Shown here: one piece after another, positions 53,452 through 62,037 of the stretch
Numbering within the stretch: the stretch's first letter is position 1
Layout of the letters: every line of letters begins with the position of its first letter
Virus record (IMG/VR): IMGVR_UViG_3300046660_000488
Coordinates: 186,001-250,000 of that record
DNA: 64,000 bases
Direction: 5' to 3' (one strand)
Notes under the pieces: generated by a model
What the model saw: the letters and a program-made list of their open reading frames with translations, nothing else
What the model was told of the DNA's origin: nothing
Databases searched by the model: none
Translations under genes and position numbers: made by a program

Positions 53452-54408
53452 CTAATTTTTTTTGGAACGAATGCGCGATTCAATCACGGATCGCATGTCA
53501 GGATTCTGCTCAACCAACGTGCAGGAAAACCCTTCCAGCAAAGCGCCAGCGCCCGTTGTCCCGGTCCCCGCGAAGGGGTCGAGAATGTGTCCACCCGGCG
53601 GGCAGATCGCGCGACACAATTCCTGCATTAGCGCTACCGGCTTTACGGAGGGATGGAGCGAATTGTGGTCCGATTTCTTGGCCTTGGCGTGGCGGAAGAT
53701 CGTGGTCGGCCACTGTCCGCCGCGTGAGCGCTGGAGGCGGCCGATATTGACCGCGCCCGTGCCGTGGAGCCGGACGTTGTCGATCATCCGTTTCTCGGTG
53801 ATCGGTTTCTGGGCCATCATGATCGGCTCGAAGCAGGGCTTGAAGGTGTTGACCCCGTAGAAGAAGCCCAGCCACTTGCGGGCCTCGTCGGAGACGCCTC
53901 GCGCGAAGACCTTGAATTGCTTGGTCAGGCGCTGCTGGGCGCCATGGACGGCGTTGGCGGCCGTGAAGCCAGACCCAGTCTTCATGCCGATGGCCTTGCG
54001 GTCAGGGACGTTGTCGCGGTCGAATAGCTCGGCGAGGTTGGCGGGCTTGGGCAGGCCACCGGGGAATTCCCACGCCAGCATGGGGTAGAGCTTGAACCCA
54101 GCGTCTTCAGCCGCCACAGCGACCCTGTGGTACAGGCGCGAGGCCGCGAAGGACAGCACGAAGCCGCCCGGCTTCAGCGCCGCGTAGATCAGGTCCCAAA
54201 GCTCGGCCGAGAACGCGATGCCAGTGGAGTCCCACGATTTGCCATGCAGGCCGATCTCGTAGGGCGGGTCAGTGATGATCGCGTCAAACTGACGACCTTC
54301 CGCCACGCATTCTTTCAGGTATTCGAGGCAGTCGCCGATGACGATGTTGCATTTGGACAGATCGACAGCAGGCGGCTGCTCTACTGGCATGAAGTATTCG
54401 CTACTCAT
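53452..54408 (-). CDS. DNA N6-adenine/N4-cytosine methyltransferase (beta class)
   Basis: 'IGDCLEYL', catalytic 'IITDPPY', 'HPSVKPVALM', SAM-binding 'ILDPFAGTGTT'. Confidence 0.9.
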   Translation of the reverse strand: MSSEYFMPVEQPPAVDLSKCNIVIGDCLEYLKECVAEGRQFDAIITDPPYEIGLHGKSWDSTGIAFSAELWDLIYAALKPGGFVLSFAASRLYHRVAVAAEDAGFKLYPMLAWEFPGGLPKPANLAELFDRDNVPDRKAIGMKTGSGFTAANAVHGAQQRLTKQFKVFARGVSDEARKWLGFFYGVNTFKPCFEPIMMAQKPITEKRMIDNVRLHGTGAVNIGRLQRSRGGQWPTTIFRHAKAKKSDHNSLHPSVKPVALMQELCRAICPPGGHILDPFAGTGTTGAGALLEGFSCTLVEQNPDMRSVIESRIRSKKN

Positions 54409-54413
54409 GCCGG

Positions 54414-54419
54414 TATTTA
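54414..54419 (-). promoter_or_regulatory. T4-like late promoter core TAAATA
   Basis: 5 nt before the methyltransferase ATG. Confidence 0.55.
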
Positions 54420-54457
54420 GGGTTTGTTAAACTCGCCCTTTATTTTATGGACATAGC

Positions 54458-54490
54458 AAAAAGCCCCCGACCGTGGTGGCCGAGGGCTCT
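54458..54490 (-). terminator. Intrinsic terminator
   Basis: Minus strand GAGCCCTCGG...CGGGGGCTTTTT after the 52-aa ORF. Confidence 0.6.
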
Positions 54491-54515
54491 TGTTACCTTG
54501 GTGCTGGACTGGCGA

Positions 54516-54674
54516 TCAGTCGTCGGCGAGCGTGCCGTTGACGGAGACGCCGCCGCCGAACTTTTCGGTGGCGCGCTTGCGGGCCTTCGAGAACTTGTCG
54601 TCGTCTGAGGTGAACGAGAAGACGAAGGCGCCCTTGATGCGGTTACGGCCACGGAACACAGCGAGCTTTTGCAT
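54516..54674 (-). CDS. Small basic hypothetical protein (52 aa)
   Basis: GGAG RBS, ATG 54674, phage codon bias, own terminator. Confidence 0.55.
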   Translation of the reverse strand: MQKLAVFRGRNRIKGAFVFSFTSDDDKFSKARKRATEKFGGGVSVNGTLADD

Positions 54675-54792
54675 GATAGGTAAATGTCTCCAAGAAATGT
54701 TGATCCGATGAGCACATAGTACACGCTGTGCTTTCTTTGTCAAGCACAGTTTCAAGTATAGATTTCATCAGTGTTTTCAACGACATGACACG

Positions 54793-54823
54793 AAAAAGCC
54801 CCCGACCATGGGTCGAGGGCTTT
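54793..54823 (-). terminator. Intrinsic terminator of metG
   Basis: Minus strand AGCCCTCGACCCATGGTCGGGGGCTTTTT 30 nt after the metG stop. Confidence 0.75.
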
Positions 54824-54852
54824 CAAATAGACGGGCTCTGACTTTCAAATGG

Positions 54853-56562
54853 TCAGGGGTACTGTGCTTCCAATTCCGCGATACGGTCGTCGCTGATCTT
54901 GTCGAACAGGATGCCCGGCGGGTTGACGACCCACGGCCCTCCGACCGGCGTGTCGAAGGCGTTCTTGATTTTCTCGCTGGTGAACGGGATGAACGGCTCG
55001 AAGAACCTACCCAGTTCACAGGCGAAATAGATGCACTGCCGCAGAACCTGCTTGGTCCCTTCGAGGTCACCGGCCGAGTGGAGTTTCCACGGTGCCGCGT
55101 TCTGGAGGAAGGTGTTGGCATACTGGGCCATGTCGCGCAGCAGCGTGGCCGCCTTGACGATCTCGAAATCGCTCATGGCCCTTTGCTGTTGGGCGACGAT
55201 CTCCCCGAACGGTCCGATGTACGGACCCTCCATCAACGGCCTGTCGCTCTCGATGACCATGAGGTCGTATTTCTGGCACATCGAGACGACGCGGTTGATG
55301 AAGTTGCCCAGCTTGTCGGCCAGATCGCTGTTGACCGCTTTCTGGAAGCCGCTCCATGTGAAGGCCGTGTCGTTACTCTCCGGCGCGTTCGACAGCAGAT
55401 ACCAGCGCCAGTAATCGGCGGGGAACAATTCGAGCGCGGCGTCCATGAAGATGCCGCGATTGCCGGACGTTGAGAATTTCCCGCCGTTCCAGTTGAGCCA
55501 GTTGAAGGCCTTCAGGTAATCGACTGTCTTCATGTTCGACAGGTCGTCAAACGGCAGATCGTTTTTCGCGCCCAGCACGGTGGCCGGGAACGAGGTCGTG
55601 TGGAAGGCGACGTTGTCCTTGCCCATGACCTGCACGTAGGTCAGGTCGGATGTGTCGGCAGAAAGCCACGCTCGAACGTGCTGGGATTTGATGTACGACG
55701 TCCTCGCCGATTGCCCGAACTGTGCTTCAAAGACTTCTGATTCCGTGTGGCATGATTCGATGGTCGCCGCATAGTAGGCGATTGGGGCGTCGAACCAGAC
55801 GTAGAAGACCTTGCCGGGCATATCCGGAACAGGGATGCCCCATTTCAGGTCGCGGGTGATGCAGCGATCCTGAAGACCCTCGTTGATGTGCTTGTGGGCG
55901 ATTCCGCGCGCCAGCGTGCTCCAGTGCGCGTCTCGTTCGAGAAGCCACTTGGTGACGTCCGGCGCTGCCTTGGACAGACACAGGAACAGGTGATCGGTCT
56001 CGCGCAGTTCGAGGTTGGTCGAGCAGGAGATCGCCGATTGCGGATTGATCAGGTCGGTTGGGTCAAGAAGCGAACCACATTGGTCGCACTGATCGCCCCT
56101 CGCCATGCCGAACGAACACTTCGGGCAGGTCCCGAGGATGTAGCGGTCCGGCAGAAAGAGGTCGTCGTCAATGCTGAAGTACTGCTTGATCGTGCGTTTC
56201 TCGATCATCCCATTGGCCGACAGCGCCTCGTAGAACCGGCGCGTCAGGCGGTGGTTGGTCTTGGAAGACGAGCGACCGAAATGGTCGAACGACAGGCCGA
56301 ACCGGTCGGCGAGGTCGGCTTGGATAGCGTGCTGCTCACCACAATAGGTCTCGACAGACTGGCCAGCCGCCTGAGCGGCAAGCTCGGCAGGCGTGCCGTG
56401 CTCGTCAGTCGCGCAGATGAACTTGACTTCGCTATCGCCCCGAGCCCGCAAATGGCGCGCAAAGGCGTCGGCGGGAAGCATCGAGCCCGCGAGGTTTCCC
56501 AGATGCTTGACGCCGTTGATGTACGGCAAAGCCGAGGTGATTAGGAAGCGTTGGGTGCTCAT
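54853..56562 (-). CDS. metG: Methionyl-tRNA synthetase (short form, no C-terminal OB/Trbp domain)
   Basis: 'FLITSALPYINGVKHLGN', 'ATDEHGTP', zinc knuckle 'LPDRYILGTCPKC...GDQCDQCG', 'CITRDLKWGIPVP', 'YVWFDAPIAY', 'MGKDNVAFH', 'KFSTS', 'LADKLGNFINR'. Confidence 0.97.
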   Translation of the reverse strand: MSTQRFLITSALPYINGVKHLGNLAGSMLPADAFARHLRARGDSEVKFICATDEHGTPAELAAQAAGQSVETYCGEQHAIQADLADRFGLSFDHFGRSSSKTNHRLTRRFYEALSANGMIEKRTIKQYFSIDDDLFLPDRYILGTCPKCSFGMARGDQCDQCGSLLDPTDLINPQSAISCSTNLELRETDHLFLCLSKAAPDVTKWLLERDAHWSTLARGIAHKHINEGLQDRCITRDLKWGIPVPDMPGKVFYVWFDAPIAYYAATIESCHTESEVFEAQFGQSARTSYIKSQHVRAWLSADTSDLTYVQVMGKDNVAFHTTSFPATVLGAKNDLPFDDLSNMKTVDYLKAFNWLNWNGGKFSTSGNRGIFMDAALELFPADYWRWYLLSNAPESNDTAFTWSGFQKAVNSDLADKLGNFINRVVSMCQKYDLMVIESDRPLMEGPYIGPFGEIVAQQQRAMSDFEIVKAATLLRDMAQYANTFLQNAAPWKLHSAGDLEGTKQVLRQCIYFACELGRFFEPFIPFTSEKIKNAFDTPVGGPWVVNPPGILFDKISDDRIAELEAQYP

Positions 56563-57374
56563 CAGGCGTCTTCAGGCTCGTGTGAGAGTTTCAGGTAGAT
56601 GATGTCGGACCATAGCTGATCCTCACTGCCCACCAAGCGAATATCGGACATGAAGTCCAGTTTACGGTGCATCACGAAGCTCAGCGCCCAAGCACGGTCT
56701 GCCCGTTCCTGTTCTATGGTCCGGATGATGGAGCAGTCCACGAATGGACGACTGTCGTTTAGGGTATGAACCAATTTCAGTTTCGAGCTTCCGGTCACCG
56801 GCAACTCGAATTCATTGGTGTGATCGCCCTTGTTGAACAAGTTCCGCAAGAATGGCGCCAGTTTCCTGATCTTCCCATTGCCGCGTTTGTTGTTCAATGA
56901 TCTGTAGAAACGCAAGAACCGGTCGGCTGCTTCCCGTTCGGTGATCTCGGCCGATGTCGAGAAGACCATTGGGGGTTGGGGAGATTCCACGCGAAAGTAA
57001 GGTCCGGCGGCGAATGGGAAATCGCGATACAGACGGCCGACGAGCGTCCAGCCATCACCGGTCAGGCGGTACTGAAGCGAAAGCTCGTATGCGATGCTCG
57101 AATGCCAGAAATCCTTGTCGGACGGATCGAAGTTGACCGTGATGGTCTCGTCGTCCACGACGAACGACCGCTCCATTGGGTCGAGGATTGATTTTTCGAC
57201 GTCGCCTTTGATCAGGAAGGTCAAGTACCCCGATAGGAAATTGGCTTGCTCATCAGAGCACAGGTAGGCATCGCGCCAAGCATCGTTGTACTCGCCGCCT
57301 TCATGACCGTCCCACATGCGGCCGTGCCAGCCACGGCTCCAGTAAGCGGCCGGATATTTCAGCCTTTTAGGCAT
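56562..57374 (-). CDS. Hypothetical protein, C-terminal motif family C
   Basis: TGATG coupling to metG; ends 'GSEDQLWSDIIYLKLSHE'. Confidence 0.65.
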   Translation of the reverse strand: MPKRLKYPAAYWSRGWHGRMWDGHEGGEYNDAWRDAYLCSDEQANFLSGYLTFLIKGDVEKSILDPMERSFVVDDETITVNFDPSDKDFWHSSIAYELSLQYRLTGDGWTLVGRLYRDFPFAAGPYFRVESPQPPMVFSTSAEITEREAADRFLRFYRSLNNKRGNGKIRKLAPFLRNLFNKGDHTNEFELPVTGSSKLKLVHTLNDSRPFVDCSIIRTIEQERADRAWALSFVMHRKLDFMSDIRLVGSEDQLWSDIIYLKLSHEPEDA

Positions 57375-57700
57375 GCGAGAATATGGCGGGCCGCGCCCCT
57401 GATCTCTTGGATGGACGAGTCCTTGTCCAAGATGTTCTCGGCGCTGACGCGGATGGCGTAGATGTCGCGATAGCCCAGCGTCAGGAACGCCTGACGGTCG
57501 CCCACGGATTGGTGGGCCTTCATCATGATGTCTTCCACGGCTCCGGCCGTCAGACCCATTTGCTCGTCATCACCCGGCGCGTAGCCGATGGACTCGTTGG
57601 TGATGATGTCGCGCACGCGCGCCCAGTCGTCGGGCTCACCGGTGTGGCCGTGTTCCTCACCCGCCTCGACGGGGACGAGCATGTAATAGGCAACAGGCAC
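57359..57700 (-). CDS. Small acidic hypothetical protein
   Basis: GTG start 57700 after GAGG inferred. Confidence 0.55.
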   Translation of the reverse strand: MPVAYYMLVPVEAGEEHGHTGEPDDWARVRDIITNESIGYAPGDDEQMGLTAGAVEDIMMKAHQSVGDRQAFLTLGYRDIYAIRVSAENILDKDSSIQEIRGAARHILACLKG

Positions 57701-57715
57701 GGCGGACCTCGTAAA

Positions 57716-57747
57716 CAAAAAGAGGGCCGAGCATAGCCCGGCCCTCT
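57716..57747 (-). terminator. Intrinsic terminator
   Basis: Minus strand AGAGGGCCGGGC-TAT-GCTCGGCCCTCT followed by TTTTGT. Confidence 0.7.
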
Positions 57748-57772
57748 GATCTGGTCAACGAGTTCGCGGAGA

Positions 57773-58405
57773 TTAGGCCGCGAGGTCTTTGTCGTACTGC
57801 TTGAACATCGAGTTGGTGATGCCCTCGAACACGCGGATCATCTTGGCGTAGATGATGCGGTACAGGTGGGTGATCGGGTCGTTCAGCAGGGTCCAGACGG
57901 CCGAGGCGGGCCAGTAGGACATCCAGAACATGATGCGACCACGGTTGGCGGCGAGGTTCGGGCGGCTCAGGCGCTTTTCGCCGACGATGCGCTTGAAGAA
58001 ATCGCGGTTGGTCAGTTCGTTGCTGTTGTAGCCACGGTTCTTGCGAATTTCGTTCGACACCGTTTCGTCGGTCAGAGCGCCATGCTTGCTGATGAATTCA
58101 GCCTTGTAGGTCTCGTACTTGGCGGCCAGCTTGGCGACGTAGAACGACCACTTGGCCACGCCCCAGCCCATACCGGCGAGGACGTAGGCGACAAAGGCGC
58201 CGATGATGGTCAGGGGATGATGGACGATCCAGTCAAGCCAGTTGAGGTTGCCGAGGCTGACGAGGGCGACGAACGTGGCAATGACGGTGAACATAGCCCA
58301 GCCGGATCGTTCGTTCTCGACGAGAGCGATCAGGATCAGGAATGGGATGAGGGCGGCGAACCAGAACCACAGGGTTCCGAATTCGAGAAGAGCGAGTAGT
58401 GCCAT
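57773..58405 (-). CDS. Membrane protein (3 N-terminal TM segments)
   Basis: Hydrophobic N-terminal half; 'IMFWMSYWPASAVWTLLNDP' near C-terminus. Confidence 0.7.
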   Translation of the reverse strand: MALLALLEFGTLWFWFAALIPFLILIALVENERSGWAMFTVIATFVALVSLGNLNWLDWIVHHPLTIIGAFVAYVLAGMGWGVAKWSFYVAKLAAKYETYKAEFISKHGALTDETVSNEIRKNRGYNSNELTNRDFFKRIVGEKRLSRPNLAANRGRIMFWMSYWPASAVWTLLNDPITHLYRIIYAKMIRVFEGITNSMFKQYDKDLAA

Positions 58406-58485
58406 GAAATGGTGTCCAGAATGGGTTAATCCAATCCGAACACCATTTCACGGTAACTAATTTCGGTCAAGTTTGGTAAACCAAA

Positions 58486-58968
58486 TTACCCCTTGACGGT
58501 GACCGGCCGGGCCTCGAACACGGTGATCTTGGTGTCGGCCGTGTAGGTGACCACGCCCTTTTGGCCCCAGATGTGCTTCTCGATGATCTCGAAGCCCCGG
58601 ATGTCGGACAGATCGACCATGTCGGTGAACAATTCGTCCAGCTTTTCGCCGGTGGCGCTGCTGTCGTTGTTGTCCGAGAGGAAGCCTTGCAGCATGATCT
58701 CGTTGGCCTTGGTGGCGGCCAATTCAGCCTTGCTCAGCGACGAGTACAGGCCGACGATGGAGACGCCCTCGTAGGGAACGACCACCGCGTAGGCGCGGGT
58801 GTCGCGGGTGATCTCCGCGATCTTGGCGAACTCGGCCTTGGCGTCGTCAGCCAGCTTGCCAGCCTTGGCCTCGACGGTCTCGGCGACAGTGGCGACCTTG
58901 TCGGCCGCTTGATGTGCCAGATCACCGATCTTGGCGGCGGCGCCGGTCAGATGTTCACGCAGGCTCAT
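58486..58968 (-). CDS. Hypothetical protein with Ala/Lys-rich N-terminal helix
   Basis: ATGA coupling with upstream ORF. Confidence 0.65.
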   Translation of the reverse strand: MSLREHLTGAAAKIGDLAHQAADKVATVAETVEAKAGKLADDAKAEFAKIAEITRDTRAYAVVVPYEGVSIVGLYSSLSKAELAATKANEIMLQGFLSDNNDSSATGEKLDELFTDMVDLSDIRGFEIIEKHIWGQKGVVTYTADTKITVFEARPVTVKG

Positions 58969-59249
58969 GGTAGGTTTCCCGATCTGGCGATTTCCGCCGC
59001 TTGCAATTGAAGCTCCGCCATACGGACGGCTTCATCCATATGGAAATTCGCATCCGGAACGCCAGCCGCCCGAACCTCAAAAGCGGCTTTTCTGATAGAA
59101 ATAACCGCGCGCTTGATGTGGGCGAATTGGATGTCGTTCAGGTTCATTTCGCGATAGGACGCGACCAACGTTTCGAGGGTCGGTCCCTCCGGCGCCGGAT
59201 CAGTCACCCCGCCAGTGATTAACGATAGGGTAACGCCGGTCTTTTCCAT
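58965..59249 (-). CDS. Small hypothetical protein overlapping the nadE 3' end
   Basis: Starts 50 nt inside nadE; ATGA coupling to next gene supports it. Confidence 0.5.
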   Translation of the reverse strand: MEKTGVTLSLITGGVTDPAPEGPTLETLVASYREMNLNDIQFAHIKRAVISIRKAAFEVRAAGVPDANFHMDEAVRMAELQLQAAEIARSGNLP

Positions 59250-60936
59250 GAATCTTGCTCGTGATCTTGACGCCCGGCGCGGCCTGACGCCGCTTGTACT
59301 CCGCCATGTCCACCAGTTTACGGATTTTCTTCACGAGGTCCAGACGAAGCGCAAGTTCAGTGACGATTTCGTCGTCGCCCAATTCTTCCTCGATCATGGC
59401 CTTCAGGATGCTGTCCAGCACCGGGTACTCCGGCAGGCTGTCGCTGTCCTTTTGGTCCGCGCGAAGCTCGGCGCTCGGCGGCTTGACGATGATCTCTTCG
59501 GGGACGACGTCGATCCCGCTCTTGCCGAGGAAGCCGAAGCTGTCCAGATCGGCGGGCGCGATGGCGTTCCGCCAGCGGCAAAGCTCCCAGACGGTGGTCT
59601 TGTAGCAGTCCTTGATCGGGTTGAAGCCGCCCGACATGTCGCCGTACAGGGTGGCATAGCCGACGCTGACTTCCGACTTGTTGCCGGTGGTCAGCAGCAG
59701 GTGGCCCAACTGGTTGGACAGCGCCATCAGGATGTTGCCGCGCGCCCGTGCTTGGATGTTCTCGTCGGCGACGCCGGACAGGGCGATGATGCGCGGCTTG
59801 AACACGTCGGTCGTGCCGTCCTTCAGACGCAGCGCGCCATGGGTCGCCTGCCGCAATTGTTCCACCACCGGCTCGATGGGGATCAGCAGCAGTTCAGCGC
59901 CCAGACGCTTGGCGCCTTCGAACGCATCCGACTTGGAGTGGTCAGACGAGAAATTGGACGGCAGGCTGACCAACAGGACGTTCTCAGCCCCGATGGCGTC
60001 GCAGGCGATGGCCGCGACCAGACCCGAGTCCACGCCGCCTGAGTACCCGAGGACGACTTTCTTGAAGCCTTGCTTCCGCAGATAGTCGCGCAGGCCCAGA
60101 ACCAGAGCCTGATAGATGGCGCCGATGCTGGTGGGGACGACCTTGGCGTAGCCGTCGAGGCCGATCCGCTTGGTGTTGGGAGCAAGCTCCAGATCGAAAT
60201 AGGTCGTGCCCGCGACGAAGTGCGGAGCTTCCTGCACCTTCTGGCCATCGTAGAGGAACGAGCCGCCGTCGAAGACCAGTTCGTCTTGGCCGCCGACGAG
60301 GTTCACGTACAGGAACGGCAGGCCGACTTCCTTGACCCGGTTGGCGATCACCCGGCGGCGGACAGCGTTCTTGCCAGCCTCGAACGGTGAGCCGTTGATG
60401 GCGATCAGGAAGGTCGCCCCGGTGTCGGCCAATTGCTTGGTCACCTTCGGGAACCAAGCGTCCTCGCAGACCATCAGGCCGATCCGGTAGCCGCGCCATG
60501 TGAAGGCGGCGTTCTCGTAGGACGACGGCTTGAAAATGCGCTTCTCGTCGAAGACGCCATAGTTGGGTAGTTCGGTCTTCATGACCGTGGTGCGCTTGTA
60601 GACCCGCTCGGTGGGGTCGATCATGTAGGCGTTGTTGGTGACGCCGCCGTCCATGGTCAGGCCCTTGGCGGGCGCGCCGAAGATCAGCGCCGCCGTCTTA
60701 CCCGAGGCTTCCACGGCTTGTTGGATCAGCGACACGCGCTGGGCGACCGCGTCCATGAAGCTGTGACGCAGGACGAGGTCTTCCAGCGGATAGCCGGTCA
60801 GCGACATTTCCGGCGTGATGACGAGGTCGGCGCCCTTGTCGGCCGCTTCATGGTAGGCGTCGAGGATGGCTTTCATGTTGGCGTCCAGCGCGCCAACGGT
60901 GGGGTTCGATTGAACGACGGCGATCTTGATTTTCAT
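59200..60936 (-). CDS. nadE: Glutamine-dependent NAD+ synthetase
   Basis: N-terminal nitrilase domain ('TPEMSLTGYP', 'KTELPNYGVFDEKRIF', 'MVCEDAW') fused to NAD synthase ('VVLGYSGGVDS', 'ENIQARARG', 'TTGNKSE..VGYATLYGD', 'KPPSAELR', 'EYKRRQA'). Confidence 0.96.
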   Translation of the reverse strand: MKIKIAVVQSNPTVGALDANMKAILDAYHEAADKGADLVITPEMSLTGYPLEDLVLRHSFMDAVAQRVSLIQQAVEASGKTAALIFGAPAKGLTMDGGVTNNAYMIDPTERVYKRTTVMKTELPNYGVFDEKRIFKPSSYENAAFTWRGYRIGLMVCEDAWFPKVTKQLADTGATFLIAINGSPFEAGKNAVRRRVIANRVKEVGLPFLYVNLVGGQDELVFDGGSFLYDGQKVQEAPHFVAGTTYFDLELAPNTKRIGLDGYAKVVPTSIGAIYQALVLGLRDYLRKQGFKKVVLGYSGGVDSGLVAAIACDAIGAENVLLVSLPSNFSSDHSKSDAFEGAKRLGAELLLIPIEPVVEQLRQATHGALRLKDGTTDVFKPRIIALSGVADENIQARARGNILMALSNQLGHLLLTTGNKSEVSVGYATLYGDMSGGFNPIKDCYKTTVWELCRWRNAIAPADLDSFGFLGKSGIDVVPEEIIVKPPSAELRADQKDSDSLPEYPVLDSILKAMIEEELGDDEIVTELALRLDLVKKIRKLVDMAEYKRRQAAPGVKITSKIHGKDRRYPIVNHWRGD

Positions 60937-60940
60937 TGTC

Positions 60941-62026
60941 TCAGCCTTGGAATTCGATGATCGCGGCCCGGACGGTCGCGGGGTCGAGCTTGGTCGGGGA
61001 TGCGCGCATCACCTGACCCATCGCCCAACCGATGACTTTTTGGTCGCCTTCTGCGACCTTGGCGGCCTGTGCCGGATTGGCGTCGAGGACGGCCTTGATC
61101 ATGGCCTTGATCTCGTCGCCGCCCGCTTGGCTGAAGATCGGCTCCAGCACATCGCAGAGGATGGCGTAGAAGACGACCCGAGCCGCGTCGCGCGCCGAAT
61201 AGGTCTCGTCGATCTCGGCGCTCGGCCGCAGGACCAGCAGCACGTCATGCAGTTCGGCGTTGAACCGCGAGAGCAGCGCCGCGTAGAGGTCTTTGCGCGC
61301 CCCGTCAGGGATCAGCCCGGCGGCCAGCGCCGTGCCCAATTCCTTCAGGCCCGCTGCGTGGATGATCCGGTTGCGATCCTCGAACCCAAGCTCGCGTTCC
61401 TTCATCTTGGCGGCCATCGGGCCGAGGATGAAGTTGACGACCTCGTTGACCACGGCCGGGGTGTGCCCACGGCAGAGCCAGTCGAGATAGTAGAAGATGT
61501 CGAGCGTCCGTTCGCCCGACCACGACATCAGGTTGCGGATTTTTCCGTGCTCGACATCGAGCCCGATCATTCCGTTGATGATCTCGTAGGGGCTCTCGCC
61601 GAACCAGCGCGTGGCCCCCACGCCGTCGAGCAACGGAGCAGGCTTGGTCACGAACCGGCTGACGTCCCGATCCCGAGGCGTGACGAGGATGTCGCTGAAC
61701 GCGGCGGCGAAGTCTTCGGCGACCACGTGATGCTCGAAGTCGTAGAGCGACCAGCAGGTCGAGCCGTCGTTGATGACGTGGTAGGGCATGATCTTGGTCA
61801 CGCCATCCTCGTCGGTCACCGGGCGCTCGCCCCAGCGCTCACCCGCCACCCAGACGATCTCGCATCGGCTTTCGTTATCGACCAGCCACTTGATGATCGA
61901 CTGGCGCCGGTCTTCATCGACCGAATCGGTCTTCAGCCACACGGGATTGATGGACGCCCCCTTGCTGAAGGAGTCCTCCGTGGCGACGACCTTGCCATTT
62001 ACGAAGCGAGAGTCCGGGTGGAACAT
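60941..62026 (-). CDS. Unknown N-terminal domain fused to a GatB/YqeY C-terminal tail domain
   Basis: C-terminus 'IKAMIKAVLDANPAQAAKVAEGDQKVIGWAMGQVMRAS..KLDPATVR' matches the GatB tail; start at ATG 62026 just after the pncA stop. Confidence 0.7.
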   Translation of the reverse strand: MFHPDSRFVNGKVVATEDSFSKGASINPVWLKTDSVDEDRRQSIIKWLVDNESRCEIVWVAGERWGERPVTDEDGVTKIMPYHVINDGSTCWSLYDFEHHVVAEDFAAAFSDILVTPRDRDVSRFVTKPAPLLDGVGATRWFGESPYEIINGMIGLDVEHGKIRNLMSWSGERTLDIFYYLDWLCRGHTPAVVNEVVNFILGPMAAKMKERELGFEDRNRIIHAAGLKELGTALAAGLIPDGARKDLYAALLSRFNAELHDVLLVLRPSAEIDETYSARDAARVVFYAILCDVLEPIFSQAGGDEIKAMIKAVLDANPAQAAKVAEGDQKVIGWAMGQVMRASPTKLDPATVRAAIIEFQG

Positions 62027-62037
62027 CGGGTAAGCCC

